A stretch of 62,933 nucleotides of DNA, the filler included, from Octopus bimaculoides (taxonomy: Eukaryota), in the NCBI RefSeq assembly GCF_001194135.2. It is 6 parts of 6 records of this genome, joined end to end, with 100 filler letters (N's around TTAATTAATTAA, not from the genome) between each part and the next. Parts side by side here need not be neighbours in the genome. Positions count along the whole stretch, not along the records: positions 27,405 to 59,038 come from NC_069002.1; 5 more parts are not named here. The stretch is one strand, 5' to 3'. Below are positions 32,601 to 46,948 of the stretch, piece after piece; within the stretch, counting starts at the first letter, position 1; every line of letters begins with the position of its first letter. The translations under genes were made by a program, and so were the position numbers. The notes under the pieces were generated by a model. It had not been told where the DNA came from, did no database searches, and saw only the letters and a program-made list of their open reading frames with translations.

Positions 32601-32859
32601 AGCCTGATGTATAATCAAAAACGTTTTTTTTTTCTGTTCTAGATGACATAGATTCGCGTTGAGATGATGCAATTAATGAATAAAAAGGAAAATATCAATT
32701 AAAGATAAGTGAGTCAAACAGACCCGAATTAGATGTTGTTCCGTCTCACAATATCGCTAAATCATTTCTTTCAACAACTACACAAATAACAGTTTCACTG
32801 GTTCGTTTTTCCCAAACTATTTTAGCAGTTCTAACATTTCGAACTCCACTCTGTGACTT

Positions 32860-32924
32860 CTATACTCGTACTCTATACTCGTACTCTATACTCGTACTCT
32901 ATACTCGTACTCTATACTCGTACT
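32860..32924. repeat. Perfect 13-bp tandem repeat x5 (ctatactcgtact)
   Basis: Five identical contiguous units. Confidence 0.95.
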
Positions 32925-33899
32925 CATCCATTGAATCTTAAAGTAGAAGTGGCATTGCATTCGTTATTCTAGAAGTAATAATTAATCGGATATTTTGCAA
33001 GCGCTAAGTTTAAATTTACAATTAATTTACAATGACATGTTGCTGAGACAGAGTTCAACGTGGTTGAACTAACAGGTCTAAATTTGGCACAAGGTCAGCT
33101 GTTTTGAGAGGTAGGAGTAAGTCGATTACATCGACCCCAATGCTCAATGGTCTTTGTTTCATCAACTCTGGAGAGGGAGCACAACATTAACCTCGGTGGA
33201 TATGAATTCAGATGTCAAAGTGTCGGAAGAGATGCCGCTAAACATTTTCTCCGATGTAGTAGCGATCTACCGACTTTCGTGGAATTGCCAACCCACCTAT
33301 TTTCTGAAAGTGTTCCCTTTTTTTCTTTTTCCAGACACCTACGCCCCCCCCCATATATATATATATATATATATATAAAGGTGGTGCTCCAGCATGGCCG
33401 CAGTCAAATGACTGAAACAAGTTCAAGAGTTAAAGAGTATAGTNNNNNNNNNNNNNNNNNNNNNNNNNNNNNNNNNNNNNNNNNNNNNNNNNNNNNNNNN
33501 NNNNNNNNNNNNNNNNNNNNNNNNNNNNNNNNNNNNNNNNNNNNNNNNNNNNNNNNNNNNNNNNNNNNNNNNNNNNNNNNNNNNNNNNNNNNNNNNNNNN
33601 NNNNNNNNNNNNNNNNNNNNNNNNNNNNNNNNNNNNNNNNNNNNNNNNNNNNNNNNNTATATATATATATATATGCTCACATACATACACACACACACAA
33701 AGAAAAGGAGAGCCACACAATGTCTCTTAACCGAATCGCAATGATTCAGTATTCATCAATCTGAGGCAATGCTACAGGATACCGAATACAACAGAGAACA
33801 ACGTCGTTATGGAGCAAAGTCTACTGGATACGTTGTGTTTGAATAAGGTTTGTGCTGATTCCGTTATACCATTAACAAAGAAATATGAATACTCTCTTT

Positions 33900-34114
33900 T
33901 TTACTTGTTTCACTCATTTGATTGCGGCCATGCTAGAGCACCGCCTTTAGTCGAGCAAATCGACCCCAGGACTTATTCTCTGTAAGCCTAGTACTTATTC
34001 TATCGTTATCTTTTGCCGAACCGCTAAGTTACGGGGACGTAAGCACACCAGCATCGGTTGTCAAGCGACGTTGGGAGGGACAAACACAGACACACAAATA
34101 TATACACACACACA

Positions 34115-34149
<35 letters not shown>

Positions 34150-34310
34150 NNNNNNNNNNNNNNNNNNNNNNNNNNNNNNNNNNNNNNNNNNNNNNNNNNN
34201 NNNNNNNNNNNNNNNNNNNNNNNNNNNNNNNNNNNNNNNNNNNNNNNNNNNNNNNNNNNNNNNNNNNNNNNNNNNNNNNNNNNNNNNNNNNNNNNNNNNN
34301 NNNNNNNNNN

Positions 34311-34344
<34 letters not shown>

Positions 34345-34510
34345 ACGACGGGCTTCTTTCAGTTTCCGTCTACCAAATCTACTCACCAGGCTTTGGTCGG
34401 CCCGAGGCTATAGTAGAAGACACTTGTCCAAGGTGCCACGCAGTGGGATTGAACCCTGTGCCATGTGGTTGGTAAGCAAGCTACTTACCACATAGCCACT
34501 CCTGTGCCTG
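33900..34510 (-). mobile_element. SINE family A full length, internal microsatellite gapped
   Basis: Reverse complement matches the 21690 and 48919 copies on both sides of the (TA)n/N-gap. Confidence 0.88.
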
Positions 34511-36479
34511 AAATATCTTCAGGAGAAAGGCTTGAGATTATGGAATATTAAAAATAAGTGTAGTTAAGAAAACTATTCTTGTTGTGTGAAGTTAAGAAAA
34601 TGAATCAGAAACGTTGTTAATGTTGGGTTTCGATAGAGAAAAATCATTTAAAATCCTAAACTTCAATATTTATTTCTTTATTGCCCACAAGGGGCTAAAC
34701 ATAGAGGGGACAAACAAAGACAGTCAAAGGTATTAAGTCGATTATATCGACCTCAGTGCATAACTGGCATTCATTTAGTCGACCCTGAAAGGATGAAATG
34801 AAAAATCGACGTCGGCGGAATTTCAAATCAGAACGCAGCGACGGACAAAATACGTTAAGCATTTCGTCTGGCATGCTCGCCGCCCTCCTAAACTTCAATA
34901 TTACACTCTGCAAAATTACTTGCTGCCCTATTTTCTTTAATTATTGAAAACAATGAAAGAACCTTGGTTAATGTTTTTTTTATATTGCTTAGTAGAAGTA
35001 GTTCCATTATTTTCGACTGCAATAAGATAAAAATAGATTATTCCATGGAGACATTCTGCGTGTCTATCTATTCATTTCGAAGCTAAATCGACTTTCATTC
35101 CGCTTAGTGAAGGATATTTTGGTAGTTATTTTTCAAAAAAAAAAAAGTGGTATACCGTCTTAAAGTTATGAAATGGTTAAAAGATTCAAGCGAAATAAGG
35201 CCTCCATTGCGTTGAATTGAAATAATTTGCCATGCTCGTTGGTGCATATATCTTATTATGTAAAATACTAGAGAAGTGTATAATACTCGATATTGCAGTG
35301 CCATCGACAAAAAATATTTTTATTTACGTTATTATCGTGTTACCATTTATAATAACAGTGAACATGAAAATAAGAAAATAATTAGTAAATAAAGAAATAA
35401 AACTGGTATATATATACATAAATATATATACATACATATAAATACATACATATAAATACATACATATACACATATACATACATATACGTGCATACCTATA
35501 TACATACATACATATGCGTGCATATATATATACATATACATATATACATACATACATACATATATATATATTATGATTGANNNNNNNNNNNNNNNNNNNN
35601 NNNNNNNNNNNNNNNNNNNNNNNNNNNNNNNNNNNNNNNNNNATATATATATATATATTCCACAGGAATGTCGAACTGTGATTAGTGATTCCGTTTATAT
35701 AAAATTACAGCAATTACAACGCGATAGAAGCGAAACAGGAAATAGAACGCGAAGTAACTAATTTTAGATGTGTGTACAATATACAACTATTGTATTTGTG
35801 GACGCAAAAAGATTCGTTTGGAGCACTTAAATACCACAAACTGTAATAACAGTATTTTGTTATGTGAGACAACACAGATTCAGCTAGTGATGTATGCACC
35901 AACTTATATCCTGTTGATGACGTTAATTTAAAACTAGAAATGGAATGCTTCGTAGGCTAATGACTTGTAGACACTTATGATGGATATGTTTTAACTCTAT
36001 ACCAACTGATGAGCTACTGTTTTAAAGTGTAGCTGATTTATCATTAGCCACCCACTAAAACTAATTTTAATTAGCTAATGCGTGTACCTCTACATGAACA
36101 TTCAAATGGTAGAAAGAAAAATGCGAATCGCTGTCTAGTCAAACCTTGTTAGCATGGGTAAGGACATATTACATCTTATATTCTTAGTAATAAAAGCAAA
36201 CTTTCTGTTCAATTCCTATCCGATCGATTATGTTTCTATAGGAGAAAATATTAAAGCTACTATTATAGTACACTATAGAACACTTGATTCAATAGTTTGT
36301 TATAATTGTTTATGAAATAAGCAAAAACCTGAATTCGTTTCTTTGTGAAGCAGTACTCGATAAATCATCTTCAGTATTTGAATGGTACTATATTTCTTTC
36401 AGTCCGGCAAAAAGCAAAGCAATGTTCACCTCGGCCCAAATTGAATTAAGAATATAAAGAGATGCAAGAAATAAAGCAA

Positions 36480-37715
36480 AATATACACTTCTATATTTAA
36501 GAGATGAGGAATCATCATGTACATTATTTACATTTGACGGATATTTGTCCTCATTTTGTTTGTTGTTAACACAACATTTCGCCTGATACACCCTCCTGCC
36601 TTCATCAGGTGTCTTGGGAAATGTCGAACCTGGGTTCTCATTCCTAAGGTATTTTTCGATGTTATTATCATAATTATTCAGGTCTCTGCTTGGAAACGAA
36701 CTTGGAATCTTCTGGTTAGAAGCCCGCGCTTTTACCCACTACACCATATGCCCGAGGGCAATTATGGAGTGAAGTTTTGGGTTTATAAATCTAATATGTT
36801 TCTATCCTTCCTTAATACAGGTTCCCATATGCTACTCATATTTGCACTCGGTCTGCATAGGAGGTGTCCTAGCATATGTGCTGCTTCTTTAGCGTTCGTA
36901 TTTTCCAGAGGTGTTATCTATCAACTATTTTAACTTCATCCCACAAAGGGAGGTGGTCTCCATTTTTCCATACATGTTCAACTATACCCGATTTATTAAT
37001 ATCTCCTCATGTCACAGCTTTGCGATGTTCGTCTACCCTTATTTTGAGGGGGCAACATGTTTCGCCGTCGTGTAACCTACCACTGCTGCATGGGATGTAG
37101 TACACGCAATCTTTGGTCATATTCTCTTCTATTGGTGGTTTTACCCAAAGGAGATACTTGCGAAGTGTTGTATTACTCATGAATACTGTCCTGATGTCAT
37201 TTGTGCCGCATGTCGTTTGTGTCTTTACGGAGAGGCCTTTCACATGGGGTAGACAGACTGTGGACAGTTTATTTGTTCCATCTTCTCTTTTCTTCATAAT
37301 TGGAGTGGATAGTATGTTTTGAGGGTAGTTGTTGCTTAATAGATTGTTATTGAACTTGATTATTTCTTCGGGGCGTGTATCACGATCGCTACTTATATTC
37401 TTTGTTCGATGTTCTAGGCACTCAGCATTACGAAGAATAGGAAAATATCAGATTTATCAGCCCTATAATTCACTCCGTATTTGTCCACGGGCATATGGCA
37501 TACTGGTTAAAAACGCGAGCTACTCACCCCGAGATTCCAAGTTCGATTCCAAGCAGTGGCCTGAATTATAACATCGAGAAATACGTTAGGAATTAGAACC
37601 CAGGTTCAAAATTTCCCCAATACACCTAATAAAGGCTGGTGGGTATATCAGCCGAAATGTTGTGCTGACAACAAACAAGATGAGGACAAATATCCGTCAA
37701 ATGTAAATAACGTAA
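36480..37715 (-). mobile_element. Penelope-like element, 5'-truncated, with inverted terminal repeat
   Basis: Minus strand: ...NNYPQNIL...KDCVYYIPCSSGRLHDGETCCPLKIRVDEHRKAV (GIY-YIG)...HVWKNGDHLPLWDEVK. The terminal repeat lies at about 36480-36790(-) and again, inverted, at about 37458-37715(+). Confidence 0.9.
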
Positions 37716-38208
37716 AGCGAAATATGTTGACCTGTGTTCTGCCAAATTTTGACAATCTTTTACTTTGTCATTTATGTGGAAATAATTTAGGAAACAATTT
37801 GAAAGGGACAATGGAAGTGAGAGCCTGAGATGAAGGGATATTTCCAGACAGAAATAGAGTGAGAGCAAAATAGAGAGAGCAGTATAATGAGGCAACATCT
37901 TACATATCCTTGCTCTTTTGAAATTAAATGCCGAATAAGTATAGCTAATGCGTTTCTTTGATATCATATACGCTTAGCCACGACTACGTCTAATTGTTAC
38001 AGTATCTAACAAGGAGGTAGAAATTTGGTTGTTACTGTTTCAAGAATCTTTGCGTCCAACCGGCAAATGTAGTTCATCTTTTTAGAATAGGATTTTCACT
38101 AGAAAAAAGAAGTCTACCTCTCTCATTAATGCTAATAAAACAAAGTTTTTCCATTTTATATTTGAACTCTCTCTCTCTCTTTCTCTCTCTCTCCTTTCTC
38201 TCTCTTTT

Positions 38209-38240
<32 letters not shown>

Positions 38241-39049
38241 GTTACTCCATAAACCATTATTTAATTTGGTGAAGAAATCAAAAACGAACCATCTTTCATT
38301 TACATTCTTATCGTATCGAAGTAGATTATTCTCATAGAAATGGGCAGATAAATCAGATCATCTAGGAAACTAGATGTAAATGACTTACATTCTGAAGATC
38401 GGCGTAGGAATGTACACAGATTCTAAATGAAACAGAAATGGCTTTTGAAGTAATTCAATCCTAGTTCCCATCAAACGTTCAAATGAGAAAACGAACCAAG
38501 AATTATAGTCATTAAAAACGATGATATACTACAGGAGTGTGTCAAACAAATTATGGAAGTAAGGGGAGATTAAGTAGAATTCGAATTCAAACGGAAGAAT
38601 TTGTTGGCTTCGGGTCTTTGATAAATGAAATTTGTTCCACGCTGAAAACACAATTAAGATAAAGAGGGTTCTCAATCAAAATCAGTGTAAGATATAGTTG
38701 TAAATGAACGTTTTCTGGAGAAAAGTATTCGATAAATACGTAGAGAATTTTTCATGTTCCATCTATGAGGAAATGGGAAACTAAGCAGTATAAAATGCAT
38801 CAAGCAATTTTAAATTTATGAAAGCACATCTGCGATGAAACTCCTCAAGACAATTCATGATAAATAAACTAGGAATAATCTGGAGTAATTGTAGCAGCCG
38901 CATGAAATATCTATCACCCTGAAGTTCATTAACGGCGATTTGATGAAAAGATGAGAAAGATTGAATGGAGCAGCCCTTCGTATTTCTGAAAATAAAATTG
39001 TGAAGAAAAGTCAATTGATGATAGTAATGATAAAAAGGTTGTAGATCGG

Positions 39050-40340
39050 AATGTAGAAACTACGGAAATATCTCTCCTATCAATAACTAAGGAGATCTAT
39101 GCTCGAATTCTACTGAACATACTGAGTATATCTGTCCAAATATCCTTCCTGAAACAGTGTAGCCGCCGTTGTGACAAAAGTAATAAGGACATGATCTTCT
39201 GCCTTCGCAAAATTCAGGAAACATGCGTTGAGAAGAACATGCCAACACATGAAGAGTTCATGGACTTCACAAAGGCTTTCGACATATTATCGCGTGATGA
39301 TATTTAACTGGTTCTCAAGAAACATGGATTTACTCCAAGTCTCATCAACTTGGTCAGGTCCCTACTCGAACGAATGCAGGTATTTGTAGTAGAAGAGAGC
39401 GATAGCTCAGACGAGTTGATACTGACAAATAGGGTGCGTACTTGCTCTAACACTGTCTTCCGTCTATCTCGCTGCAGTGTTGCAAGCCCCATTTGAAGAT
39501 GTTAGAGGAAGGTATTCACATCAAAATGCAGCATGATGCTGACCTGTTCAATAGTGCATAGTATAAAGCAAGATGCACACTACGAAGTTCCTAGTTAGAG
39601 TGATGCCGTTCGCTGATAATATTTCACTAGTTGCCCACTGCTGTGAAGATACGTGGAAACTGGAATATAACTCAGCTAGAGCTGCACAACAGCTCAGCTT
39701 AAAGATTAACTTCAGAAAAACCAAATTTATGAAAAACATAATTCTCTAAAGAAAATATTACTATTAGATATCAAAGGCTGACCCAGTGCAAAGTGTTCAA
39801 ATACAATTTCGGATATTGCTCGAAAGAACCAAGAAATCATATAGAGGATGAGCATAGCTGGTGCTTCATTTGACAAGCTGCAAGAAAATTAGGCATGTTT
39901 ATTTACCTGACAAATGTAAGGTATATCAGGCCATATTACTGTCTTCCCAGCTGAATAGAGTTGAAAACTGAAACGTCTTTAGAGCTTAAGAAGACAAATT
40001 ACATGCAAATATGATGAGGTTGTTCTGACGAACTATGAATATCGCTCTCTTTGACAAAATCAGGAAGAACAAAGATGCTACGTTTGCTGGCCTGTCTTCG
40101 ATGATGGAGGCAGGCCAGCACAACAGGCTCCCAGACAAATACTTTTCTCTCAACCATGGAAGAGAAAACAAAAACTATGGAAGGCATAGACTGAGATTCA
40201 AAAGTACTGTAAAAAGGGAATATGAAAATGAAAGGAATTGATCAGAATAAATAGCAAATCCAAGCGAAAACCGATAAACATTGAGAAAACTTATCAAATC
40301 ATGCAAAAGGCATGAACAGTCATAGTCGGAACGGCTGACT
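39050..40340 (+). mobile_element. RTE-clade LINE reverse transcriptase relic ending in (GAT)n
   Basis: ISLLS...IYARILLN...DMIFCLRKIQE.C.EKNMP...DFTKAFD...CVLALTL...PFADNISLVAH...LKINFRKTKFM. (GAT)n at about 40340-40428. Confidence 0.85.
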
Positions 40341-40343
40341 GTA

Positions 40344-40405
<62 letters not shown>

Positions 40406-41530
40406 GGATGATGATGAGGATGATGATATTTATAATACTAATAATACTAAAATAAAAAAAGGAAAGGAATAACAGCAAAATTAAAAAAGAAAATGAAGGC
40501 AGAAGAGGGAAAAGATTATGAGGAGAATGAATTGCAAGAATGTGGAAGACGACTGATGAGAAAGGGAACGTTAAAGAGACAGATAAGNNNNNNNNNNNNN
40601 NNNNNNNNNNNNNNNNNNNNNNNNNNNNNNNNNNNNNNNNNNNNNNNNNNNNNNNNNNNNNNNNNNNNNNNNNNNNNNNNNNNNNNNNNNNNNNNNNNNN
40701 NNNNNNNNNNNNNNNNNNNNNNNNNNNNNNNNNNNNNNNNNNNNNNNNNNNNNNNNNNNNNNNNNNNNNNNNNNNNNNNNNNNNNNNNNNNNNNNNNNNN
40801 NNNNNNNNNNNNNNNNNNNNNNNNNNNNNNNNNNNNNNNNNNNNNNNNNNNNNNNNNNNNNNNNNNNNNNNNNNNNNNNNNNNNNNNNNNNNNNNNNNNN
40901 NNNNNNNNNNNNNNNNNNNNNNNNNNNNNNNNNNNNNNNNNNNNNNNNNNNNNNNNNNNNNNNNNNNNNNNNNNNNNNNNNNNNNNNNNNNNNNNNNNNN
41001 NNNNNNNTATATATATATGTATATATATATATTCTCTCATCTCTCTTACTATTTTTCTTCTTTCTTACCAACTTCCCCCTTCCGCCGCCATCATCAAACC
41101 TCCCTCATAAGCCCACTCCACCCCTACACATTCCTACGCCAACTTCCCTATCCTTCCCATCCCACCCCATCCTCTACCTTACACCGTCTCCCACACACCC
41201 CACCTCTACCCTCACCCTCAGCCTAACCCACACCCCACCCATGCTTTCTCCACTCTCGCCTCCCCCACTCACAATTCCATCACACCATTCCACACAACGC
41301 ATCACATCACAACACACCACCACGCATGCACCAGTACTGACCAATTCCCCTCCCTACATATTGACACCTACACAAACACACATACACACGCACCTTCGTT
41401 TTGGGATCACTAATAGCTTGTTATTTCCCCTTCTTCTTAGCTCTCTTCTGTGACCCTTCTGTCCGGCTTCGCCATGATAGATCACTAACCACTACACATT
41501 TTTTTCTCTCCTTGTTTCTTCCTATGTTCC

Positions 41531-41564
41531 TTTCTGTGGAAGAGCGTAGGCTCGAAACGTTAAA
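41531..41564 (+). ncRNA. Minimal hammerhead-like motif with CUGUGGA core variant
   Basis: uuu CUGUGGA a gagc-guag-gcuc GAAA CGU U aaa. Downstream gagcgt..ctaata is shared with the 22.1-kb terminal repeat. Confidence 0.6.
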
Positions 41565-41945
41565 TACTTTTTCAATTCCCGAGCGTTATACTAATATATC
41601 TATTTGATTTCTACACCACCTGTCTTCGACTTTTGTTTTTTCGTGAGTTCTACCTATATATATATGTATATATATATATATATATNNNNNNNNNNNNNNN
41701 NNNNNNNNNNNNNNNNNNNNNNNNNNNNNNNNNNNNNNNNNNNNNNNNNNNNNNNNNNNNNNNNNNNNNNNNNNNNNNNNNNNNNNNNNNNNNNNNNNNN
41801 NNNNNNNNNNNNNNNNNNNNNNNNNNNNNNNNNNNNNNNNNNNNNNNNNNNNNNNNNNNNNNNNNNNNNNNNNNNNNNNNNNNNNNNNNNNNNNNNNNNN
41901 NNNNNNNNNNNNNNNNNNNNNNNNNNNNNNNNNNNNNNNNNNNNN

Positions 41946-41976
<31 letters not shown>

Positions 41977-44900
41977 TATATATTGTGTGTGTATGGTCGT
42001 GTGGATACGTGTGCTTTGACACCTCTATACACAGATAACGACACATTTTTAATATTCTGCTCTCCCTTCATGAATTTCACTGATATGAATACATAGCTTA
42101 TTATATTCGTGCTCTCAACATGACCCCCAGCAAACGGTTTCCGTATATCGTGATTTCCTGTGTTGTAAATTATGTTAATGAATTCAATGTATGAGTATTC
42201 TAAGTCCTAATTGCTATTTTCTTGTAATGATCGTTCCATTTTATTATGAGGACGTAGTTTTCACTTTAATTAAAAACTGATTAATATTAACACGTTTCTA
42301 TCCGCTTGGTAATGTGAATATTTCTGCATTTCGCATTACTACCAGGAAAATATATTTAATTAACTCTGATGATATTTTAGTGGGGAATGCTGTAAGAATT
42401 CAAATATAGATGTTGTCATTAACGTTACAGTTAACTAAGAAATATCGAATCCCCGGTAAAAAATAACAATAACAATAGGATAATAAAATATTTAATTTTA
42501 AGTATTGACATTGTACCACAAATGTATTAAGATTATTAACCAACACTTCATCAGTTAGTATGACGCGTGTTCCAGTGAACCGGTCCATAGAAATACCTGT
42601 TCGTGATATTAGCTAAGCACTCCACAGACACGCGTATACTCAACGTACATCTCAGCGGGATTCAGCGTCACACAGAATGTACCGTGGCTAGCCCTTCTAA
42701 TTGCAGTTAGAACTCATTTTATTTACTGAACAAGCTGGAGCAACGTGAAGGAAAGAGCCTGCTCAACGACACAACGCAGCTCAATGATCTGAACTCTCGA
42801 GCTAATAATCGTAAGCCAACTACTCCAAGCCACGCGCCTTCCCTCGGATTATTTAATAATTTTAATGTAAAACAGAGTATGAGGTTGCTGGATCTGATTG
42901 AGGAAGAAATAACCTCCTTTAGAAAATACATTACTTTCAAACATATGAGAAGGCGAGGTTATAGAATGTAGTTTACAATGAATACTAACAATATTTTTTT
43001 CTCTTGTCAGAAGCTAGATCAAGGGCGACACATTCGCTTGATCAAAAGGAAAACATATCAATATATAACTACATTGGTTAAATACGAACGTGTGTCATTT
43101 AATATTTTGTTAATTATTTTAGGTGCCTGTATCGCAGTGAACGGACAGAGATTCTTAGCATTCTAACACGAGACACAAGAGATACCGCTAAATGAATAAT
43201 GAAAAAAAAAGGTGTCTGCACCCAGACTCAGCTAATACTCACTTTCAGTTGGATCGAACTCCAACAACGTGCAATGAAGTACAGCCATGAAGGATACAAC
43301 ACACCAGCGAAACCATGAATTGAACCACTAACCTTTTGATGGTGAGTGCAGTACTCTTCCCTCCATGGCACCTGCCTTCAAACCGCTATATGCATATTAA
43401 AGAATATTTTGCAAACATTTGGCTTTGCATTTCATTGAAATTGTAAAGCCATAGACACTACGACAGGCCTCAGTCTGAATACGGTTGAAGGATATTTTAA
43501 TAAGATTAGCCGAATTCATCAAGGCTCGAAATTTTGCGGGGAGGGGCCAGTCGATTAGATCGACCCCAGTTCGCAACTGGTACTTAATTTATCGACACCG
43601 AAAGGATTAAAGGCAAAGTCAACCCCGGCAAAATTTTCATCGTTATCATATTCCATTCTAATAATGTGTGCACTTGACTATACAGAACTATAGACAAAGC
43701 AGAATATGGTTCTGGTTGGAACAGTTGTCACCATTGGTCTGCTACTTCAATGCGGCCCAAAGTTGAACCACAATCGGTATTTTAAAAGATATATTTTAAA
43801 AGATATATTCTAAAAGATATATTTATTGTGAAATATAAAATAAATCATCCTAACGAAATATATTTACTTATAAAAACAAATGCAGAACATAGATCCGTAA
43901 AGAAAAATTTAATAACGTGTAGAATGTTTCCTTATAATATATTGTAAACATAGTTGATATTCTGTATATGAAAACGTAGTTGGTTGAATATATGTCAAAA
44001 ATGATTAGAAACTAAAGTGAATATATTAGAATAAACAGGAAAGCAAAACTAAATAAAACCGATTAAATGTTGACAGGAATTGAACTAGATTTTGCTTCTC
44101 TGACATTATATATCATATTTGATTAATTTTATAACTTGTCATTTATCTCTTCGATTCAATTCAACATATCAACCTAAGCCCATGAGCGAATCTGTTTGCC
44201 AAATAGTAGATTCAATCGGATTTTATGAGTGCAGACACATCACTATGTCGTATGTTTTAAAGTTCATTTTAAAGAAATATTCATCAATATTCTGCACATC
44301 GAGAGGCTGTCAAGCATAATGAAAGTTTGTAAACATATATATGGATGGGGTGAATGACTGAGTGTGTATGTGTGTGTTTATGTGTGTTCAGGCATGCACA
44401 CAATATTTATCGGCGTGCACACACACACACTATATATGGGCGTGCACACACATTATATATATGGGCGTGCACACGCACGATATGCAAATCAGGAGAAAAA
44501 ATGGAATGAAATTGGTGTGGAGAGTTGAATCTACAGCGTTTCAGTGCAAAGTTGTCAGGAGGAAAAAGAAAGACACCGCAGTTTTACTTCATCTATGGAA
44601 CTATGACTCGAAAGCAGACTGCGCCCTGTTTTAAACATAAATGCCGTAAATCTCTACCGTGTGTCTTTTATTACCAGTTTTTTTTAAAACTATTTCCTGC
44701 AAGACAACTGTGCGAAACGTAAGATATTCTACCGCCCAAAGCAATTTCACTGAATTTTGTCTGCCACACTTCCAAAATTATACAAGTCATGCTGACGCAG
44801 ACAGAAACGAACAACTTGGATTCGGATATTTGCGTATGTCCATGTGCGTGTAAGTGGGTGCATGAGTGTAGGTATGTATGTGTGTGTGTAATTGTATGTG

Positions 44901-45965
44901 GGTGTGTAATTGTATGTGTGTATATGTACATACGTATAAGTACATGTAAGTTTATATTTGATGAATGAGAGTACGTATCATAACTATGATTCTAAAATAA
45001 TGGAAAGGAAAGATTTGTTTCATATTATGTTTCGTATTACATCTATGTATCACATATGATGCTCTGTTACAACTTCGGGCAAAAATATATATTGCAATAC
45101 AAATAATGCAGGAGATATGAATAGAACAAAGTAGTTGATCTATTAAAAGTTGTTGCTTATAATTGGAATGCACACCTCCTCGAAATATCAATGGTTTGGT
45201 GTCTAGCCAAAATTTGTTTTAAATTCAATAAATTCTCAGCCATGTAAACAAATCAATAGCAATCATGTTAAGCTATGAATAATATTAACAGCTCTAATGT
45301 GAATTCCATGCAGCACACATGTGTGCCAGTAATATGCACCATTATTAATACCTGATATACAATAGATAAAAAGAGATGAATAGATACAAAAAATTGACTC
45401 ATTAGAATTCCTCAAAGGATCAATGAAATTATATAATAGCTTTTGTGATTATTCTAAAATAATAACTGCTTAATATACTCAATATCAATAGAAACGATCG
45501 CATTAGCATTTTTACGTGTGGAATGCAGACATATACATAGTCATGTGCATTGAGATAGAGCTATTATAAGACACAGGATGGCAAACATCTAATCAAAAAG
45601 CGATAGGTAAGACAAGAGCATAATCGAAAGAAACAATGTATCATACACACACACGCGTAAACAGCAACACACACACACATAAAACACGAATAAATTTTGT
45701 CATCGTATACAAATGAGCGTATACATGCATTCATATATGTGCGGTGTGTGTGTGTGTGCGTGAGTGGAGAGAGAGACGGAGAGAGAGAGAGAGACAGACA
45801 CATAGAGAGGGATATATATAGAGAGATAGCGAGAGTAATTATATTTACACATCTTTCATTTATCGAGGTGTGTCTAGAATATACAAATGTACAGATGCAC
45901 ATATACAAACACACACACAAACATACACGCACGCACACACACACACACACACAAACACAAACACA

Positions 45966-46006
<41 letters not shown>

Positions 46007-46824
46007 TCATAGCTAGCTGTATTGATACATAGATAGATACGTATAACTATGTGTGTGTGTGTATTTATAGGATTCACACATAAGGAACACTGAATGCGAA
46101 ACACTCTCACTGCCCCTCCTGAGGCACAATAATACGAAAGGTATGAGAAATAGCAATAAGTCGAGACAATTCTCTGCATATATGTGACAAATATCAAAGT
46201 AACTCTCAAATATCAAAGTAACTCTAATATATATTTAATACTGAACCCAGTTCTTTATCCAGTGTAAGCAGGTGAAAGTACGTTGATCGTACACTGAGGA
46301 AGACTAATAAATTTTACGATCTTTCAGGTATTAGCATAAAAGGCATCAATTATGGAGTTGAGGCTGCAGAAAAAAAAGAACATCTAAGACACTCCGGCTG
46401 AAGAGAAATGATGGAGGGGTCAGGAGCTTGCTACTAGCAAACTAACCTACGGTTAATCAATCTAGTCAGGTTCAACAGCCTTGGGCAGTTTGTAGTGAAA
46501 CAGGACACAAAATTGATGTTTCGTCTAAGTTTCGTCTAATTTCAATTAGCAAACGTCTTTAAATTACAGACCCCCCGAGTAATGGAATATCATTNNNNNN
46601 NNNNNNNNNNNNNNNNNNNNNNNNNNNNNNNNNNNNNNNNNNNNNNNNNNNNNNNNNNNNNNNNNNNNNNNNNNNNNNNNNNNNNNNNNNNNNNNNNNNN
46701 NNNNNNNNNNNNNNNNNNNNNNNNNNNNNNNNNNNNNNNNNNNNNNNNNNNNNNNNNNNNNNNNNNNNNNNNNNNNNNNNNNNNNNNNNNNNNNNNNNNN
46801 NATATATATATATATATATATATA

Positions 46825-46948
46825 CAGGTGTCCACAAAGTCTGGGTACATGGAGATTAACACACTTTAAGAAATTATTATTTCTTATATTTAATTGTTAA
46901 TGTTATGATTTTATTTACTCCATGTATCCAGACTATGTGGACGCCCTA
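46825..46948. mobile_element. Tc1/mariner-type MITE, about 124 bp
   Basis: About 30-bp TIRs caggtgtccacaaagtctgggtacatggag / ctccatgtatccagactatgtggacgcccta, flanked by TA. Confidence 0.85.

Noticed and set aside
32860-32924. Possible CRISPR-like array
   Set aside because: Contiguous 13-bp units without spacers in eukaryotic DNA, with no cas genes.
36006-36045. CTGATGA-gctac...gtagc hairpin resembling a hammerhead
   Set aside because: No GAAA after stem II and no convincing stem I or III.
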